From Spirochaetia bacterium (lineage in GTDB: Bacteria; Spirochaetota; Spirochaetia; DSM-27196; Salinispiraceae), in NCBI GenBank assembly GCA_038204425.1, contig JBBRCZ010000002.1:192001-256000 (forward strand): a DNA stretch of 64,000 bases. Reading direction: 5' to 3'. The notes beneath the pieces are model-generated. The model did no database searches. It was not told the DNA's origin and saw only the letters and a program-made list of their open reading frames with translations. This document shows, piece after piece, positions 50,047-61,014 of this stretch; within the stretch, counting starts at the first letter, position 1; each line of letters starts with the position of its first letter. The translations under genes and the position numbers were made by a program.

Positions 50047-50904
50047 CTAGGGTAAGGTCAGCCCGCGCCAACGCACGTAGTGCTCAAGGCTTTGGAACTG
50101 ATAGCCCCGGCTACGAAGTTGATCAATCAATTGGGGCAGGAGTTCTCTAATGGTCGGGTGAATATCGTGCATCAAGACAATACCCGATTGCACGCCGTCA
50201 GCTTGCTTTAAAAGACGTTGCAACATTCTTTTGACTTTGTCGGCGTATTCTTTGCTGTTTGCATTGTAGCGTCGATGTGCGCGACGATACCATTCGCCCT
50301 TAACCCATTCCAAGGAGTCACCTGAGTCCCAACTCTCAGTCCAGTTGAAGACGAGCGCGCGACTTGCCAGTACAGAACTTACCCGTTTGCGCTCGGCTGC
50401 ACTATGCCAGTTACCATACCATGGGGAGCCCCAAGGCGGGCGAAAATATTTGAGTCTCGGACTTTTGTCTTTAAGTACCTCATCAAGGTGTTTTTGCAAA
50501 ATTTCCAATTCAGCTATCATCTGCCGGGTACTTAGCGAGGTAAAGTCAGGGTGAGAAAAAGAATGACTGCCAATTAGGTGTCCCTCGTCCACTAAGCGCT
50601 CCAGTGCTTTTTTAAAAGCAGGGAGTTGGTTCTTGTGGCCTCTGTTTTCTTTATCAAGATCGCGCATAAAAGAGTTGATAAAAAAGCTGGCCTTTACATT
50701 TTTTGCCTTGAGAACATCAAGAATTTCTTCAGTAAAGTCACCAGGTCCATCGTCAAAAGTTAGATATATGGTAGATGGTGGAAGCGGGTCGCCTGAGTAG
50801 TAGCCAGGCGGATAGCTGCTTGCATCACGTGGTGCATCAGTTTGAGCAAGAATGGAAACTAAAGACAAGGCAAGTAAGCTTAAGACAAAGAACTGTTTCT
50901 TCAT
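50047..50904 (-). CDS. Secreted polysaccharide deacetylase (CE4/NodB)
   Basis: Signal peptide; LTFDDGP, HSFSHP, FRPPWG, VLMHD. Confidence 0.9.
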   Translation of the reverse strand: MKKQFFVLSLLALSLVSILAQTDAPRDASSYPPGYYSGDPLPPSTIYLTFDDGPGDFTEEILDVLKAKNVKASFFINSFMRDLDKENRGHKNQLPAFKKALERLVDEGHLIGSHSFSHPDFTSLSTRQMIAELEILQKHLDEVLKDKSPRLKYFRPPWGSPWYGNWHSAAERKRVSSVLASRALVFNWTESWDSGDSLEWVKGEWYRRAHRRYNANSKEYADKVKRMLQRLLKQADGVQSGIVLMHDIHPTIRELLPQLIDQLRSRGYQFQSLEHYVRWRGLTLP

Positions 50905-51002
50905 AGCGCACCTTAACATGAGCAGTCAAAACAATAAATATTGCCAATGGGCTCTTGTGAAATAATGCTGGCCAGTGGCATTATACCGACAGAGGAGTCC
51001 AG

Positions 51003-52178
51003 ATGAACTTGCCACAAGGATTTAATTGCCGAGAGAGCAGCGAAGATGGCCAGACACTTTTTTCGATTGATTCTGGAGATGGTTATGCGATTGAACTATC
51101 TAATTTTGGCGCGAGTGTGCGCTCATTCACCGTCGATGGCTTGGAAATAACGGTAGGACTTCCTGATGCAAAGTCTTACCGTAGCAATAATTACTTTCAT
51201 GCGGTCACCGTTGGTCGCTATGCCAACCGAATTAAACACGGTAAGACCACGGTTGAGGGCAAACAGCTCAGCTTGCCCATCAATAACGCGGACAACCATT
51301 TGCACGGCGGTCCCGGCGGTTTTCACAATCTACTTTGGGAGGCCCACCTGGTCAGCCAGCTGGTTGAGATCGACGGAGTGCAGAAAAATGGCGTAGGGGT
51401 GATCTTTAGCCTGGATAGTAAAGAAGGCGACCAAGGCTATCCTGGCAATGTCAAAGTCCAGACTTTAATTCTGCTGGTAAAAGACGGTGGGCTACTATTT
51501 GCTTATCGTGCCGTAACGGACAAGGCAACACCTTTTAATATGACCAATCACACTTATTGGAACTTAGCGGGAGCAGGAAAAGATTCCGTGCACCAACATC
51601 GTTTGGTGCTCGATAGTGTTGGTTATTTTGACACACCGACTGGTATCCCTGATGGTACACTATCTGCAATGAAGGGCTCTGCCTTTGATTTTTCTACACC
51701 ACGAATTTTGGAAGAAGTTATAGCAGAACGTGGAGTTGCACCACGGCCGGAAGGAGTAAAAGGAGTGGATCACAACTTTGTTATTGATCCCAAAGCTCCT
51801 CAAACTGCACTTGCCTTGGTAACCCCACTTTGTTTTACGCTCAAAACAGAACAAGCATTTAAAGTCTCTCTTAGGCGGGCCGCTGTTCTTAGACTCAAAG
51901 GGCTATCAATGCAAGTTTTAACCGACAAACCTGGGCTGCAAGTTTATACCGGCAACTTTATGGCTGGTGGTCCAGGCCGCAACGGCCCGCTTGCTCCTAA
52001 CACTGCTGTCTGCCTAGAATCACAGCTTTTTCCCGATAGTCCTAACCAAGTTGAAGCATATAAAAAGATTGGTGCAAGTCTTGGTTTTGCTCAGGCTGAG
52101 CTTGACAGTTGGGACGGGATTCTTGCCGCCAAGAAGCTCTACCAAAGCATGACCTATCACCAGTTCTATAAGGCCTAA
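51003..52178 (+). CDS. galM: Aldose 1-epimerase (mutarotase)
   Basis: VGRYANRI, HLHGG, GYPGN, NMTNHTYWNL, DHNF, QVYTGN, CLESQ. Confidence 0.92.
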   Translation: MNLPQGFNCRESSEDGQTLFSIDSGDGYAIELSNFGASVRSFTVDGLEITVGLPDAKSYRSNNYFHAVTVGRYANRIKHGKTTVEGKQLSLPINNADNHLHGGPGGFHNLLWEAHLVSQLVEIDGVQKNGVGVIFSLDSKEGDQGYPGNVKVQTLILLVKDGGLLFAYRAVTDKATPFNMTNHTYWNLAGAGKDSVHQHRLVLDSVGYFDTPTGIPDGTLSAMKGSAFDFSTPRILEEVIAERGVAPRPEGVKGVDHNFVIDPKAPQTALALVTPLCFTLKTEQAFKVSLRRAAVLRLKGLSMQVLTDKPGLQVYTGNFMAGGPGRNGPLAPNTAVCLESQLFPDSPNQVEAYKKIGASLGFAQAELDSWDGILAAKKLYQSMTYHQFYKA

Positions 52179-52190
52179 GTGCTCTCAAAC

Positions 52191-52258
52191 AAAAAAAGCT
52201 GACCTAGCTTGAGCTGTCTTCCTTTAGGTGGACAGCTCAGTTTAGGGTCAGCTTTTTT
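52191..52258. terminator. Bidirectional terminator between galM and tkt
   Basis: AAAAAAGCTGACC...GGTCAGCTTTTTT outer stem with inner TGAGCTGTC/GACAGCTCA stem. Confidence 0.85.
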
Positions 52259-52304
52259 ATAGCTTACAGGTACCTTGCCGGATGCGGCTATAATTTACTG
52301 TTTA

Positions 52305-54365
52305 CTAAAGTTTACCGTTTACTAAGTCTGCAACACCTTGGGCGTCGATGCAGAAGTGGGCTGCAACCTTTTCGCCGGGGCCGGACTCTCCAAAACGTGA
52401 TACTCCAAGGAAGTTTTCTTCTTCTACTAAACCTGCCCAACTAAAGTAATGGCCAGCTTCAACTGCATACAGCTTTGCGCTGGTTGGCAAAAAGGCCCCA
52501 GGAAGTTTTTTGGCTCGACGAGCAGCTCGGAAGCGTTCCATAGAAGGAATAGACAGCACTTGAACCTTCTTACCTTCTGAGTTGAGCTTTTCGGCAGCAG
52601 TAAGCGCTGCACCAAGTTCGCTACCAGTTGCAAGAATTACCGTGTCTGCATTTGTAGTAGCCAGAGCAAGATAGGCACCAAAGTTTTTGACGCTTTCTTT
52701 CCAATCAGCAGGCTTTACAAAAACAGTGAGATTTTGGCGCGTAAGTGCCAAAACAACTGGCCCTGTTGTTGGATCAAAGCTCGTCAAGGCGCGTTCGCGC
52801 TGATTGGCATGAGCTGCGTGATGAGTGCCAATACCTTTTGCCAAAGCGAGTTCCCAAGCATAGGCTGTTTCTTCGGCATCCGCAGGACGCAAGACCTCAA
52901 GGTTGGACATGGAGCGCAATGAAGCCAAGTGCTCAACTGGTTGGTGAGTTGGACCGTCTTCGCCAACCCAAAAACTGTCATGGGTAAAAACAAAGATCGA
53001 TGGGATCTTCATGATGGCTGCCAATCTAATGGCTGGGCGCATATAGTCGGCAAAAACCATAAAGGTAGCACCATAACACTTGAGGCCTTGGTGCAATACT
53101 ATGCCGTTGACGATGTTTCCCATGCCATGCTCGCGCACTCCAAAGTGCAAGTTGCGACCAGAACGGCTGTCTTTCTGGAAGTGGCCACCGTTTTTGATGT
53201 CAGTGTTATTAGAAGGAGCCAAGTCAGCTGAACCACCAATGAGGTGGGGCAATGCCGCAGCAGCGGATTGAATAGACTGACCACTGGCAGAGCGTGTTGC
53301 AAGCTTGGTGCCGACGGCCCATGTTGGCCAAGTAATTGCGGGTGCCGCTTTGATGCCATGGGCTATGTCCCAGCTATCTTTGAGGGCGGGATTTGCCTTG
53401 GACCAAGCTGCAAAAAGGTCTTGCCAAGCCTGGTAGGACTTCTTCCAGCCCTTGGCTTGTTCCGCAATAAAGCTTTGTACCGCGGGCGCTACGTCAAAGT
53501 CTAACTCAGGGTTGAGGCCCAAGGCCAACTTGGTTGCCTTGATTTCGTCGGCTCCCAAGGGTGCACCGTGTACTTCGTGACTACCAGCCTTGTTTGGTGA
53601 GCCATATCCAATGATGGTATCCAAAACTATCAGACTTGGCTTGCCCGTTTCGGCCTTGGCCGCAGCAATTTGGGCTTCAATAGCGCCAAGGTCGTAGCCA
53701 GAGGCGCGCAGAATCTGCCAACCGTAGGCTTCAAAACGCAGGGCAACATCTTCGGTAAAGGCCAATCCAGTTTCGCCCTCGATAGTAATGCGGTTAGAAT
53801 CGTAGAATGCAATCAGCTTGCCAAATCCTTGGTGCCCAGCAAAGGATGCTGCTTCGGCACTGACACCTTCCATTAGACAGCCGTCACCGGCGATAGTGTA
53901 GGTGTAGTGGTCAACTATTGTGTGGTCGGCAGTATTGAAGCGTGCTGCCAAAATTGTTTCTGCCATAGCCATACCTACAGCATTGGCAAAACCTGCCCCC
54001 AACGGGCCTGTTGTAGTTTCTACGCCATCGGTCAAGCCAAACTCGGGGTGGCCAGGCGTGAGACTTCCCAACTGACGAAAAGCCTTGAGATCGTCCAAGC
54101 TCAGCTTGTAGCCGCTAAGATGCAACAATGAGTAAATAAACATACTGCCATGACCGGCCGACAAAACAAAGCGGTCACGATCGGGCCAGCTGGGCGTGGC
54201 TGGGTTGTGCTTAAGAACATTAGAAAAAAGCAAAGCGCCAAGGTCTGCCAAACCGAGTGGTAGACCGGGGTGGCCCGAGTTGGCCTTTTGAACGCCGTCG
54301 ATTGAAAGTCCACGGATGGCCGAAGCCAGAGTACGAACAGATGCATGCAAGGAATTAGTTGCCAT
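52305..54365 (-). CDS. tkt: Transketolase
   Basis: [44 protein letters not shown]...GEDGPTHQP. Confidence 0.96.
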   Translation of the reverse strand: MATNSLHASVRTLASAIRGLSIDGVQKANSGHPGLPLGLADLGALLFSNVLKHNPATPSWPDRDRFVLSAGHGSMFIYSLLHLSGYKLSLDDLKAFRQLGSLTPGHPEFGLTDGVETTTGPLGAGFANAVGMAMAETILAARFNTADHTIVDHYTYTIAGDGCLMEGVSAEAASFAGHQGFGKLIAFYDSNRITIEGETGLAFTEDVALRFEAYGWQILRASGYDLGAIEAQIAAAKAETGKPSLIVLDTIIGYGSPNKAGSHEVHGAPLGADEIKATKLALGLNPELDFDVAPAVQSFIAEQAKGWKKSYQAWQDLFAAWSKANPALKDSWDIAHGIKAAPAITWPTWAVGTKLATRSASGQSIQSAAAALPHLIGGSADLAPSNNTDIKNGGHFQKDSRSGRNLHFGVREHGMGNIVNGIVLHQGLKCYGATFMVFADYMRPAIRLAAIMKIPSIFVFTHDSFWVGEDGPTHQPVEHLASLRSMSNLEVLRPADAEETAYAWELALAKGIGTHHAAHANQRERALTSFDPTTGPVVLALTRQNLTVFVKPADWKESVKNFGAYLALATTNADTVILATGSELGAALTAAEKLNSEGKKVQVLSIPSMERFRAARRAKKLPGAFLPTSAKLYAVEAGHYFSWAGLVEEENFLGVSRFGESGPGEKVAAHFCIDAQGVADLVNGKL

Positions 54366-54454
54366 TGAAATATATTCTCCTTAAAAGATGCCGGGGTGAC
54401 AAACTAGTCAACTGAACGCTTTGCTCAGTCGACTTTGTAAGTTTATAGTTGATT

Positions 54455-56095
54455 TTAGTCGCCTGACTTGCCTATGGCAAGGGACTGGTTTGTGACAAGG
54501 GTTTGAAAGTGCTTTACCAACTTTGCAAGGTAGTCTTCTTGATAAAAAAGTGCAGTCTCGGGGTTTGGCAGTACAGGTTTTGCACCGTCGAGTATGGCGG
54601 CACAGGCTTCGGCTATCCAAGCTTGACGCTTATCTGCCTCAATAACGGCAGCACCAGCGGCCACTGCGGTTCCCAAGGCGGCGCCGGCTCGTCCAATTAC
54701 TACCACTGGACAGTTCCATATGTCTGCAACGCGTTGCACAATATATTTGTTGGCACTTGGCCCACCTGAGAGGTAGAGCGTCTTGGTCTGTGGCGCAAAG
54801 CTTGCCGAAAAGTGACGCACTAGGGCCAAAGCAGAATCGACTAGTCCTGCGTAATCGTGAGCAAAGTCAATGGGCAGATTGTCGTTTCTGCTTAGTTCCA
54901 AAGCTGGTGAGAGAGGAAAGCTTTCGGTGTCGGGCTGCCAGACTCGCAAGGCTGTACCGGGCTTTACCGTCGCCAAAGCTTGATCGCAGGCTGCAAAATC
55001 GGTCAAAGACAAACCATACTGCGTGCGGATACGATCCCAAACCAAGGCACCGTTGGTTCGGCAGCCGAAACAGAAGGGGCGACCAAGGCCGTCATACATA
55101 GCGTTGGCAGAACCGCTTAGGTCAACCGCGCCTTGAGTGGAGGCCATCATGACAAAGCTGGTTCCGAGACTCAAAAGTGCACCATCGATCAGCACCTTGG
55201 TCTGCGGATTATCGCCAGAGCCAACTACAACCTTACAGTCGACCGAAAAACCGTAGTTTTGAACAAAGTACTTTGCTAAGGTGCCCACTATTTGCAAGGG
55301 ATGGGCAAGAGCTGGCAGCTTGGCTTGCAGTGCTTTGGATCCACCAGGTAGATCTTTGGCACAAGCATCTATCAGCGTTTGGCTGTAGCTTTGAGCATGA
55401 TAATCCATGAGGCTGGTGCCGGCGGCGTTACCATAGTCCCAGGCCACATCAGCTGTGCCAGCCAAAACAGCTGGTACAAAGTCAGAAATGAGCAGAATTT
55501 TTTCGGTCTCTTGATAGAGCTTAGGAAACTGCTGACCCACGCGACGGATCACAGCTCCGGTAAAACGCAAGGGACTGTCAGAACCAGACAGCTTAATCAT
55601 AGCTTCTTTGCCACCAACTGCTTGGCGTAGCTCGTCAGCTTGAGAGCTGGTGTTTGAGGTCTTCCAGATTGGTGCTGTTCCATAGCTAAAGGCGTTGGCA
55701 AAAAGATCTGCTAAGTTCTTGCCCTGGGGTAGATCTGACTTTAAGGCTTCAAATGCCTTGAGCGAAGCTTTGTTGAGGTAGACATGGCCATGCTGCTGAC
55801 CTGAGCTGTTGACCGACACAATCTGGGAAAGATCGATACCCTGCTGCCTTAGGTCTGCAAAAATAGCATCAAGCGACGCCAAAAAAAGCCTAGGTGGTTG
55901 ATCGGCTTCGCCGCTTTCTCGAGCAGGAACGATCATGGTTTCAAAGTCTATACCGAAGCCTTGTAGGCGAGCGTCATTGCGATAGGAGACTGACTTTTCG
56001 GCTACGGTTTGCTTGCTGTCTATGTCAATAATAAAGGCAGTTAGACTCTGTGTACTGGAGTCCAGGCCTAGGGCGAGACGACGTGTTTGGCTCAT
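54455..56095 (-). CDS. xylB: Xylulokinase (FGGY family, eukaryote-like subtype)
   Basis: LGLDSSTQS, SGQQHG, RFTG, SGDNP, LSLGTS; located directly downstream of xylA. Confidence 0.85.
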   Translation of the reverse strand: MSQTRRLALGLDSSTQSLTAFIIDIDSKQTVAEKSVSYRNDARLQGFGIDFETMIVPARESGEADQPPRLFLASLDAIFADLRQQGIDLSQIVSVNSSGQQHGHVYLNKASLKAFEALKSDLPQGKNLADLFANAFSYGTAPIWKTSNTSSQADELRQAVGGKEAMIKLSGSDSPLRFTGAVIRRVGQQFPKLYQETEKILLISDFVPAVLAGTADVAWDYGNAAGTSLMDYHAQSYSQTLIDACAKDLPGGSKALQAKLPALAHPLQIVGTLAKYFVQNYGFSVDCKVVVGSGDNPQTKVLIDGALLSLGTSFVMMASTQGAVDLSGSANAMYDGLGRPFCFGCRTNGALVWDRIRTQYGLSLTDFAACDQALATVKPGTALRVWQPDTESFPLSPALELSRNDNLPIDFAHDYAGLVDSALALVRHFSASFAPQTKTLYLSGGPSANKYIVQRVADIWNCPVVVIGRAGAALGTAVAAGAAVIEADKRQAWIAEACAAILDGAKPVLPNPETALFYQEDYLAKLVKHFQTLVTNQSLAIGKSGD

Positions 56096-56231
56096 GGATT
56101 GTTACCTCTGTTCGCAAAGGGTTGATTTTGGGGGCAAACTAGTGGCCCCGGGAGCGGATAGAACGAGACCCCCGCCGCCTTATGCGGCGGAGGCTCGGGC
56201 GTAAGGGGAGACTTCCCCTTGCAAAAAAAAA

Positions 56232-57539
56232 TTAAATGTAGGTGTTGTAAAGGGCTTCCAACATTTCTTGGCGACCGCTGTCGAGCTTAGGCTCGTGGGC
56301 CAAGGCATATTTTTCGAGTTCTTCAAAACCAACTTTGCCAGCTAGAATGTCGGCACCAATGCCAGACTTGTAACTTGAGTAGCGCTTGGTTACAAAGTCG
56401 TCGAGTTGTTTGTCGTCGAGGATCTTCTGCGCAATAATTAGGCCGCGAGCAAAGGCGTCCATGCCGGCAATGTGCGCCATGGCAAGGTCTTCGGGGGTGT
56501 GGCTTGGGCGACGTACTTTGGCGTCAAAGTTGAGTCCACCTTTGCCAAGTCCGCCGTTGCGCAAGATTTCCAACATCATGCCGCTGGTGATGTAGAGATC
56601 GGTTGGGAATTGGTCAGTATCCCAACCAAGTAGCAAGTCACCCATGTTGGCGTCAACTGAACCAAGGATGCCGTTGGTACGGGCAAAGGTGAGTTCGTGT
56701 TGGATGGTATGGCCTGCCAAAGTGGCATGGTTGGTTTCGATGTTCATCTTAAAGTCTTTTTCTAGACCGTTGGCGATCAAGAAGCCAAACACCGACTGGC
56801 TGTCAAAGTCGTACTGGTGCTTGGTTGGTTCTTTTGGCTTTGGTTCGATAAGGAACTGGCCGGTAAAGCCAATCTTCTTAGCGTAGTCGACGGCCATGTG
56901 TAAGAAACGTGCAAGATTGTCAGTTTCCAACTTCATGTCGGTGTTGAGAATGGTTTCGTATCCTTCTCGGCCACCCCAGAATACGTAGTTGTCACCGCCA
57001 AGTTCTTTGGTAACTTCGATAGCCTTCTTAACCTGAGCTGCTGCGTAAGCAAAAACTTCGGCGTTGGGGCTGGTAGAAGCGCCTTGGGCAAAACGAGGAT
57101 TGGAGAAGGCGTTAGTGGTTCCCCACAAAAGCTTGGTTGGGCTTGATTTCATCAATTGAGCAGTTAGCTTAACGATGTGGTCCAAGTTTTTGTTGGTCTC
57201 GGTCAGGTTCTTGCCTTCGGGGGCAATATCACGATCGTGAAAGCAAAAGAAAGGAATGTCGAGTTTTTCGGTCAACTCAAAGAGTCCGTGCATGCGAGCT
57301 TCGGCCTTCTTGAGTGGGTCGGTTTCGCTGTTCCATGGGCGCAAAGCTGTTTCGCCACCAAATGGGTCTGAGCCGCCACCAACAAAGGTGTGCCAATAAG
57401 CCATGGAAAAACGAAGGTGTTCCTTCATTGTCTTGCCGCCGACCTTTTGGTCAGCCTTGTAATAACGGAAGGCCAATGGATCGCGAGAATCTGGACCTTC
57501 AAACTTGATTTTTGGGATTTCCGGGAAAGTCTGAGACAT
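56232..57539 (-). CDS. xylA: Xylose isomerase (class II)
   Basis: [58 protein letters not shown]. Confidence 0.97.
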   Translation of the reverse strand: MSQTFPEIPKIKFEGPDSRDPLAFRYYKADQKVGGKTMKEHLRFSMAYWHTFVGGGSDPFGGETALRPWNSETDPLKKAEARMHGLFELTEKLDIPFFCFHDRDIAPEGKNLTETNKNLDHIVKLTAQLMKSSPTKLLWGTTNAFSNPRFAQGASTSPNAEVFAYAAAQVKKAIEVTKELGGDNYVFWGGREGYETILNTDMKLETDNLARFLHMAVDYAKKIGFTGQFLIEPKPKEPTKHQYDFDSQSVFGFLIANGLEKDFKMNIETNHATLAGHTIQHELTFARTNGILGSVDANMGDLLLGWDTDQFPTDLYITSGMMLEILRNGGLGKGGLNFDAKVRRPSHTPEDLAMAHIAGMDAFARGLIIAQKILDDKQLDDFVTKRYSSYKSGIGADILAGKVGFEELEKYALAHEPKLDSGRQEMLEALYNTYI

Positions 57540-57662
57540 ATAAGGGCTCCTGTTTGAACATAGTAGCGGTCTTTTTAGACTTTGGGAATGCAAAAAGCAA
57601 AAGCTTGATATATAAAATTGAACTGAGGACGTGCTTCTTGCTCGTCATAAGCCGCGCTGTGC

Positions 57663-57696
57663 TTGACAATATGCGTATATACGCCTATACGGATAT
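57663..57696 (+). promoter_or_regulatory. arsR promoter with overlapping inverted-repeat operator
   Basis: TTGACA-17-TATACG; ATATGCGTATA-N6-TATACGGATAT inverted repeat (10/11). Confidence 0.7.
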
Positions 57697-57698
57697 GC

Positions 57699-58049
57699 AT
57701 GAGACACCCCTACCAATTGTTTAAGGCCTTTGCTGACGAAACGCGTTTGAGAATTTTGAGCCTACTGTCCCACAGTGAGATGTGTGTATCTGATATCGAT
57801 ATGATTCTCAAAGTTGGCCAGTCTAAAGTCTCTCGCCATCTAGATTATCTCAAAAAGACTGAATTGGTGACCAATAGAAGGTCTGGCGCGATGGTATTTT
57901 ATCGCTTGGACTTAGAAGAGCAGACCATACAACACCAAATTTTACAGCTCTGGATAGTGTGGGGCAAACAGACCCAAACGGGAATTCAGGACTGGGATTT
58001 GCATCAGTCCATGCACACGCGTAGTTTTAAAGAATACGACAGTGTTTAA
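57699..58049 (+). CDS. ArsR/SmtB family transcriptional regulator
   Basis: FKAFADETRLRILSLL, EMCVSD, QSKVSRHL..LK, RRSG..VFYRL. Confidence 0.9.
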   Translation: MRHPYQLFKAFADETRLRILSLLSHSEMCVSDIDMILKVGQSKVSRHLDYLKKTELVTNRRSGAMVFYRLDLEEQTIQHQILQLWIVWGKQTQTGIQDWDLHQSMHTRSFKEYDSV

Positions 58050-60144
58050 GCCAAAACTAATAGAGACATTACGGGCTGGGTATACACATCAGCTCTTTTT
58101 TAAAGATCTTTCGGCTGGTCTTATCGTTGGAGTTGTCGCCATTCCCTTGGCGCTCGCTTTTGCTATTGCCTCAGGACTTAGCCCCACGGTTGGTCTTTTG
58201 ACCGCCGTCATTGGTGGCTTTTTGATTTCGGCCTTGGGTGGATCGTATGTGCAAATCGGCGGGCCGACTGGTGCCTTTATTGTCATAATTTACGGCATCA
58301 TGACCAAGTACGGAAGCCAAGGTTTGATTATTGCCACCATTATGGCAGGCGTTATGCTGCTTGTAATTGGCTTTGCTAAGTTGGGTTCAATAATCAAGTT
58401 TATCCCATTTCCGGTGATTATTGGGTTTACCTCTGGTATTGCTGTTATTATTTTGAGCTCACAGATCAATGATTTTTTTGGTCTTGGACTTAGCAAGTTA
58501 CCCAGTGAGTTTTTTGCAAAGTGGGCAGTCTTGCTACCTTCCATGGTGCACCTGAATTGGCCCACAAGCATTCTCTCACTCGCAACGGTGGTCGTAATCG
58601 TCGTCTTAGGAAAAATCAGCAAAAAAATCCCTGCAGCACTAGTGGCGTTAGTCCTTGGTACCATCGTGGTGGTGATTTTTGGCCTGCCAGTCGACACTAT
58701 CGGCTCTCGTTTTGGCGCCATTGCGGGCAAGATACCGATGCCCAGCTTACCAGCATTTGATAGTAATCTTTTGGCAATCTTGTTTATGCCTGCACTCAGC
58801 ATTGCAATGCTTGGCGCGATTGAGTCTTTGTTGTCAGCGGTGGTTGCCGACGGCATGACCGGCAAGAAACACGATTCTAATACCGAACTTATCGGTCAAG
58901 GTTTTGCCAACCTAGTCAGCGGCTTGTTTGGTGGACTACCAGTGACTGGTGCGATAGCAAGGACCGCCACCAACGTCAAGTCAGGCGGACAAACGCCGGT
59001 AGCGGGCATCATACATGCGGTGTTTTTGTTGGGTGTTTTGCTATTTCTCAGCCCACTGACTGCCTATATTCCGCTAGCAAGTTTGGCAGGCATTTTGGCT
59101 ACGGTTGCTTACAATATGAGTGAGCAACACGTCTTTAGGTTGCTGCTCAAAGGTCCGCGTGGTGACATTGTGGCGCTCCTAGTTACCTTTTTGTTGACGG
59201 TCATGCTCGACCTCACTATTGCCATTCCTGCCGGCATCTTCCTTAGTCTGATAGTCTTTGTAGCCAAGATGAGTTCTGGCGCCAAAGTTACCTTGCACAC
59301 CGGACGCTTTAGTGACCTAAGTCCAGAAGTGGATCCGTTTGGCCTGGCTGCACTGATTATTCCTGATGGGGTTGAGGTTTTGACCATTGATGGACCGCTA
59401 TTTTTTGGGGCCGCAGAAGCAATTAAAGAAGAGCTTAGCCGAGGCCATCACCGATCTAAAGTTTTGATTATTGGCTTTAGAGCAGTGCCCTCAATTGATG
59501 CCAGTGGCGCCATGGTAATGAGGACCTTGTTAGCCAAAGCACAGTCAGACAAGAGGCCGATTATCATTTCTGGTCTACAGAAGAATGTTAAAGATGTCTT
59601 TGACAAAATTGGCCTCAGTCGAGAACTTGGTGCCGGAATGATGCAAGCTAACATGGTGCTTGCTATCGCCAAGTCAAACGAATTGCTAGGAATCGGCAAC
59701 TTTTCGCTAGTAGAAAAACTCAAGCGAGGCAGTTTTTTGACAGACCTGAGTTTTGAATCGGTACCGCAAGTGATAAAGGCTCTGGTGGATGCTCTGCCGC
59801 TGAGTACCGAGCAAAAAGAAGTCCTAGTTCAAAGCGTTATAGAACGAGAAAACATGGCTTCTACTGCCCTGGTGCCGATGATCGCCTACCCGCACCCCCA
59901 CCAGCAAAGACTTAACTCTGGCGTTGACGACTTTGTTGCTCTGGCCATACTAAAAGAAAGCACATCCAATTGGGACAAGCTCGACCACAAGGTCAAGTTG
60001 GTGGTTTTGATGGTGAGCAAGAGTTCTCAGGATCACCTCTTGACCTTTTCTGGCCTTGCGAGCTTACTCAATCGAGCTGAGTTTGTTGATAAATTGCTGC
60101 TGCAAACCAGCAAAGAACAAGTTATCATGCTGTTTGAGCGATAG
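58042..60144 (+). CDS. SulP family anion transporter with STAS and C-terminal PTS EIIA-like domain
   Basis: AIPLALAFAIASG, GGPTGAF, IESLLSAVVADG, GAIARTATN; STAS DGPLFFG; EIIA_2-like IERENMASTAL..IAYPH. Confidence 0.88.
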   Translation: MFKPKLIETLRAGYTHQLFFKDLSAGLIVGVVAIPLALAFAIASGLSPTVGLLTAVIGGFLISALGGSYVQIGGPTGAFIVIIYGIMTKYGSQGLIIATIMAGVMLLVIGFAKLGSIIKFIPFPVIIGFTSGIAVIILSSQINDFFGLGLSKLPSEFFAKWAVLLPSMVHLNWPTSILSLATVVVIVVLGKISKKIPAALVALVLGTIVVVIFGLPVDTIGSRFGAIAGKIPMPSLPAFDSNLLAILFMPALSIAMLGAIESLLSAVVADGMTGKKHDSNTELIGQGFANLVSGLFGGLPVTGAIARTATNVKSGGQTPVAGIIHAVFLLGVLLFLSPLTAYIPLASLAGILATVAYNMSEQHVFRLLLKGPRGDIVALLVTFLLTVMLDLTIAIPAGIFLSLIVFVAKMSSGAKVTLHTGRFSDLSPEVDPFGLAALIIPDGVEVLTIDGPLFFGAAEAIKEELSRGHHRSKVLIIGFRAVPSIDASGAMVMRTLLAKAQSDKRPIIISGLQKNVKDVFDKIGLSRELGAGMMQANMVLAIAKSNELLGIGNFSLVEKLKRGSFLTDLSFESVPQVIKALVDALPLSTEQKEVLVQSVIERENMASTALVPMIAYPHPHQQRLNSGVDDFVALAILKESTSNWDKLDHKVKLVVLMVSKSSQDHLLTFSGLASLLNRAEFVDKLLLQTSKEQVIMLFER

Positions 60145-60162
60145 TTTTGGGAGAATAATTCT

Positions 60163-61014
60163 TTGATTATTAAGGACATAGTCTTTGTATACCACCTCAA
60201 AGAAAGCAACTTGGTAGGTTGGCATTCTCGCATCCATAGTCACCCGCGAGATCACTATGAGTTGCACTATTTTTTGTCGGGCGACGGTAGTTTTCAAAAT
60301 GGCAGCGTTATTTATCCTATCCAAAAAGGCCAGCTTTTTTTGAGTAGTCCCGACCAAGTTCATGGAATCAGACCCGGCCACATGGACGACCCCTTAACGT
60401 ATTACGCGGTGCTTTTTGAAATTGAGGCTAATGACGCACCCCAAATTGACCTGAGCGACCCAAGCGTTTTGCAGGGTTTTCCGGTTATGGTTGGTGCCAA
60501 CTGGCGCTTGCGTTTTGAGGACATGAAAAACCGCTACAACTCGCGCAATCCCTATTTTAAGCAGGGCGCGCACTTTGACCTTTTGGCATTTTTGTTTGAT
60601 CTTTTTGGACGAATAGCGGATCATGACCGCGACGTTGGTGCATCCCGCGAGGGTTTAACTTCCGTTCAAGTCGCCCAAGCCATGGACCTCTTTGCTCGGC
60701 ATGTTTTTGCCAGCGTTCGCTTGAGCGAAATAGCTCAAACCTTAAAAATAACCGAAGAATATTTGATCAAACTATTTAAGCGACATATCGGCACCACACC
60801 AATGCGCTACTACCAAACGCTCAAGCTCGAAGCCTCAGTATCCTTGTTACTCAACACCACACTGGCAATCAAAGAGATTTCTTGGCAGTTGTGCTTCTCA
60901 AGCCAATATCATTTTAGTCGCAACTTTAAAGCCTATGCTGGCCTAAGTCCAAGCGAATATCGACTCAACTATTTTAAGGACAACCCCACCAACTATCAGA
61001 CGCGCATCGTATAG
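60163..61014 (+). CDS. AraC family transcriptional regulator with cupin sensor domain
   Basis: HSHPRDHYELHY cupin; YLIKLFK..GTTP, IKEISWQLCFSSQYHFSRNFK..GLSPSEYR. Confidence 0.92.
   Translation: MIIKDIVFVYHLKESNLVGWHSRIHSHPRDHYELHYFLSGDGSFQNGSVIYPIQKGQLFLSSPDQVHGIRPGHMDDPLTYYAVLFEIEANDAPQIDLSDPSVLQGFPVMVGANWRLRFEDMKNRYNSRNPYFKQGAHFDLLAFLFDLFGRIADHDRDVGASREGLTSVQVAQAMDLFARHVFASVRLSEIAQTLKITEEYLIKLFKRHIGTTPMRYYQTLKLEASVSLLLNTTLAIKEISWQLCFSSQYHFSRNFKAYAGLSPSEYRLNYFKDNPTNYQTRIV

Noticed and set aside
52277..52288. GCCGGATGCGGC resembling an enterobacterial REP sequence
   Set aside because: Single short copy with no partner repeat in the window
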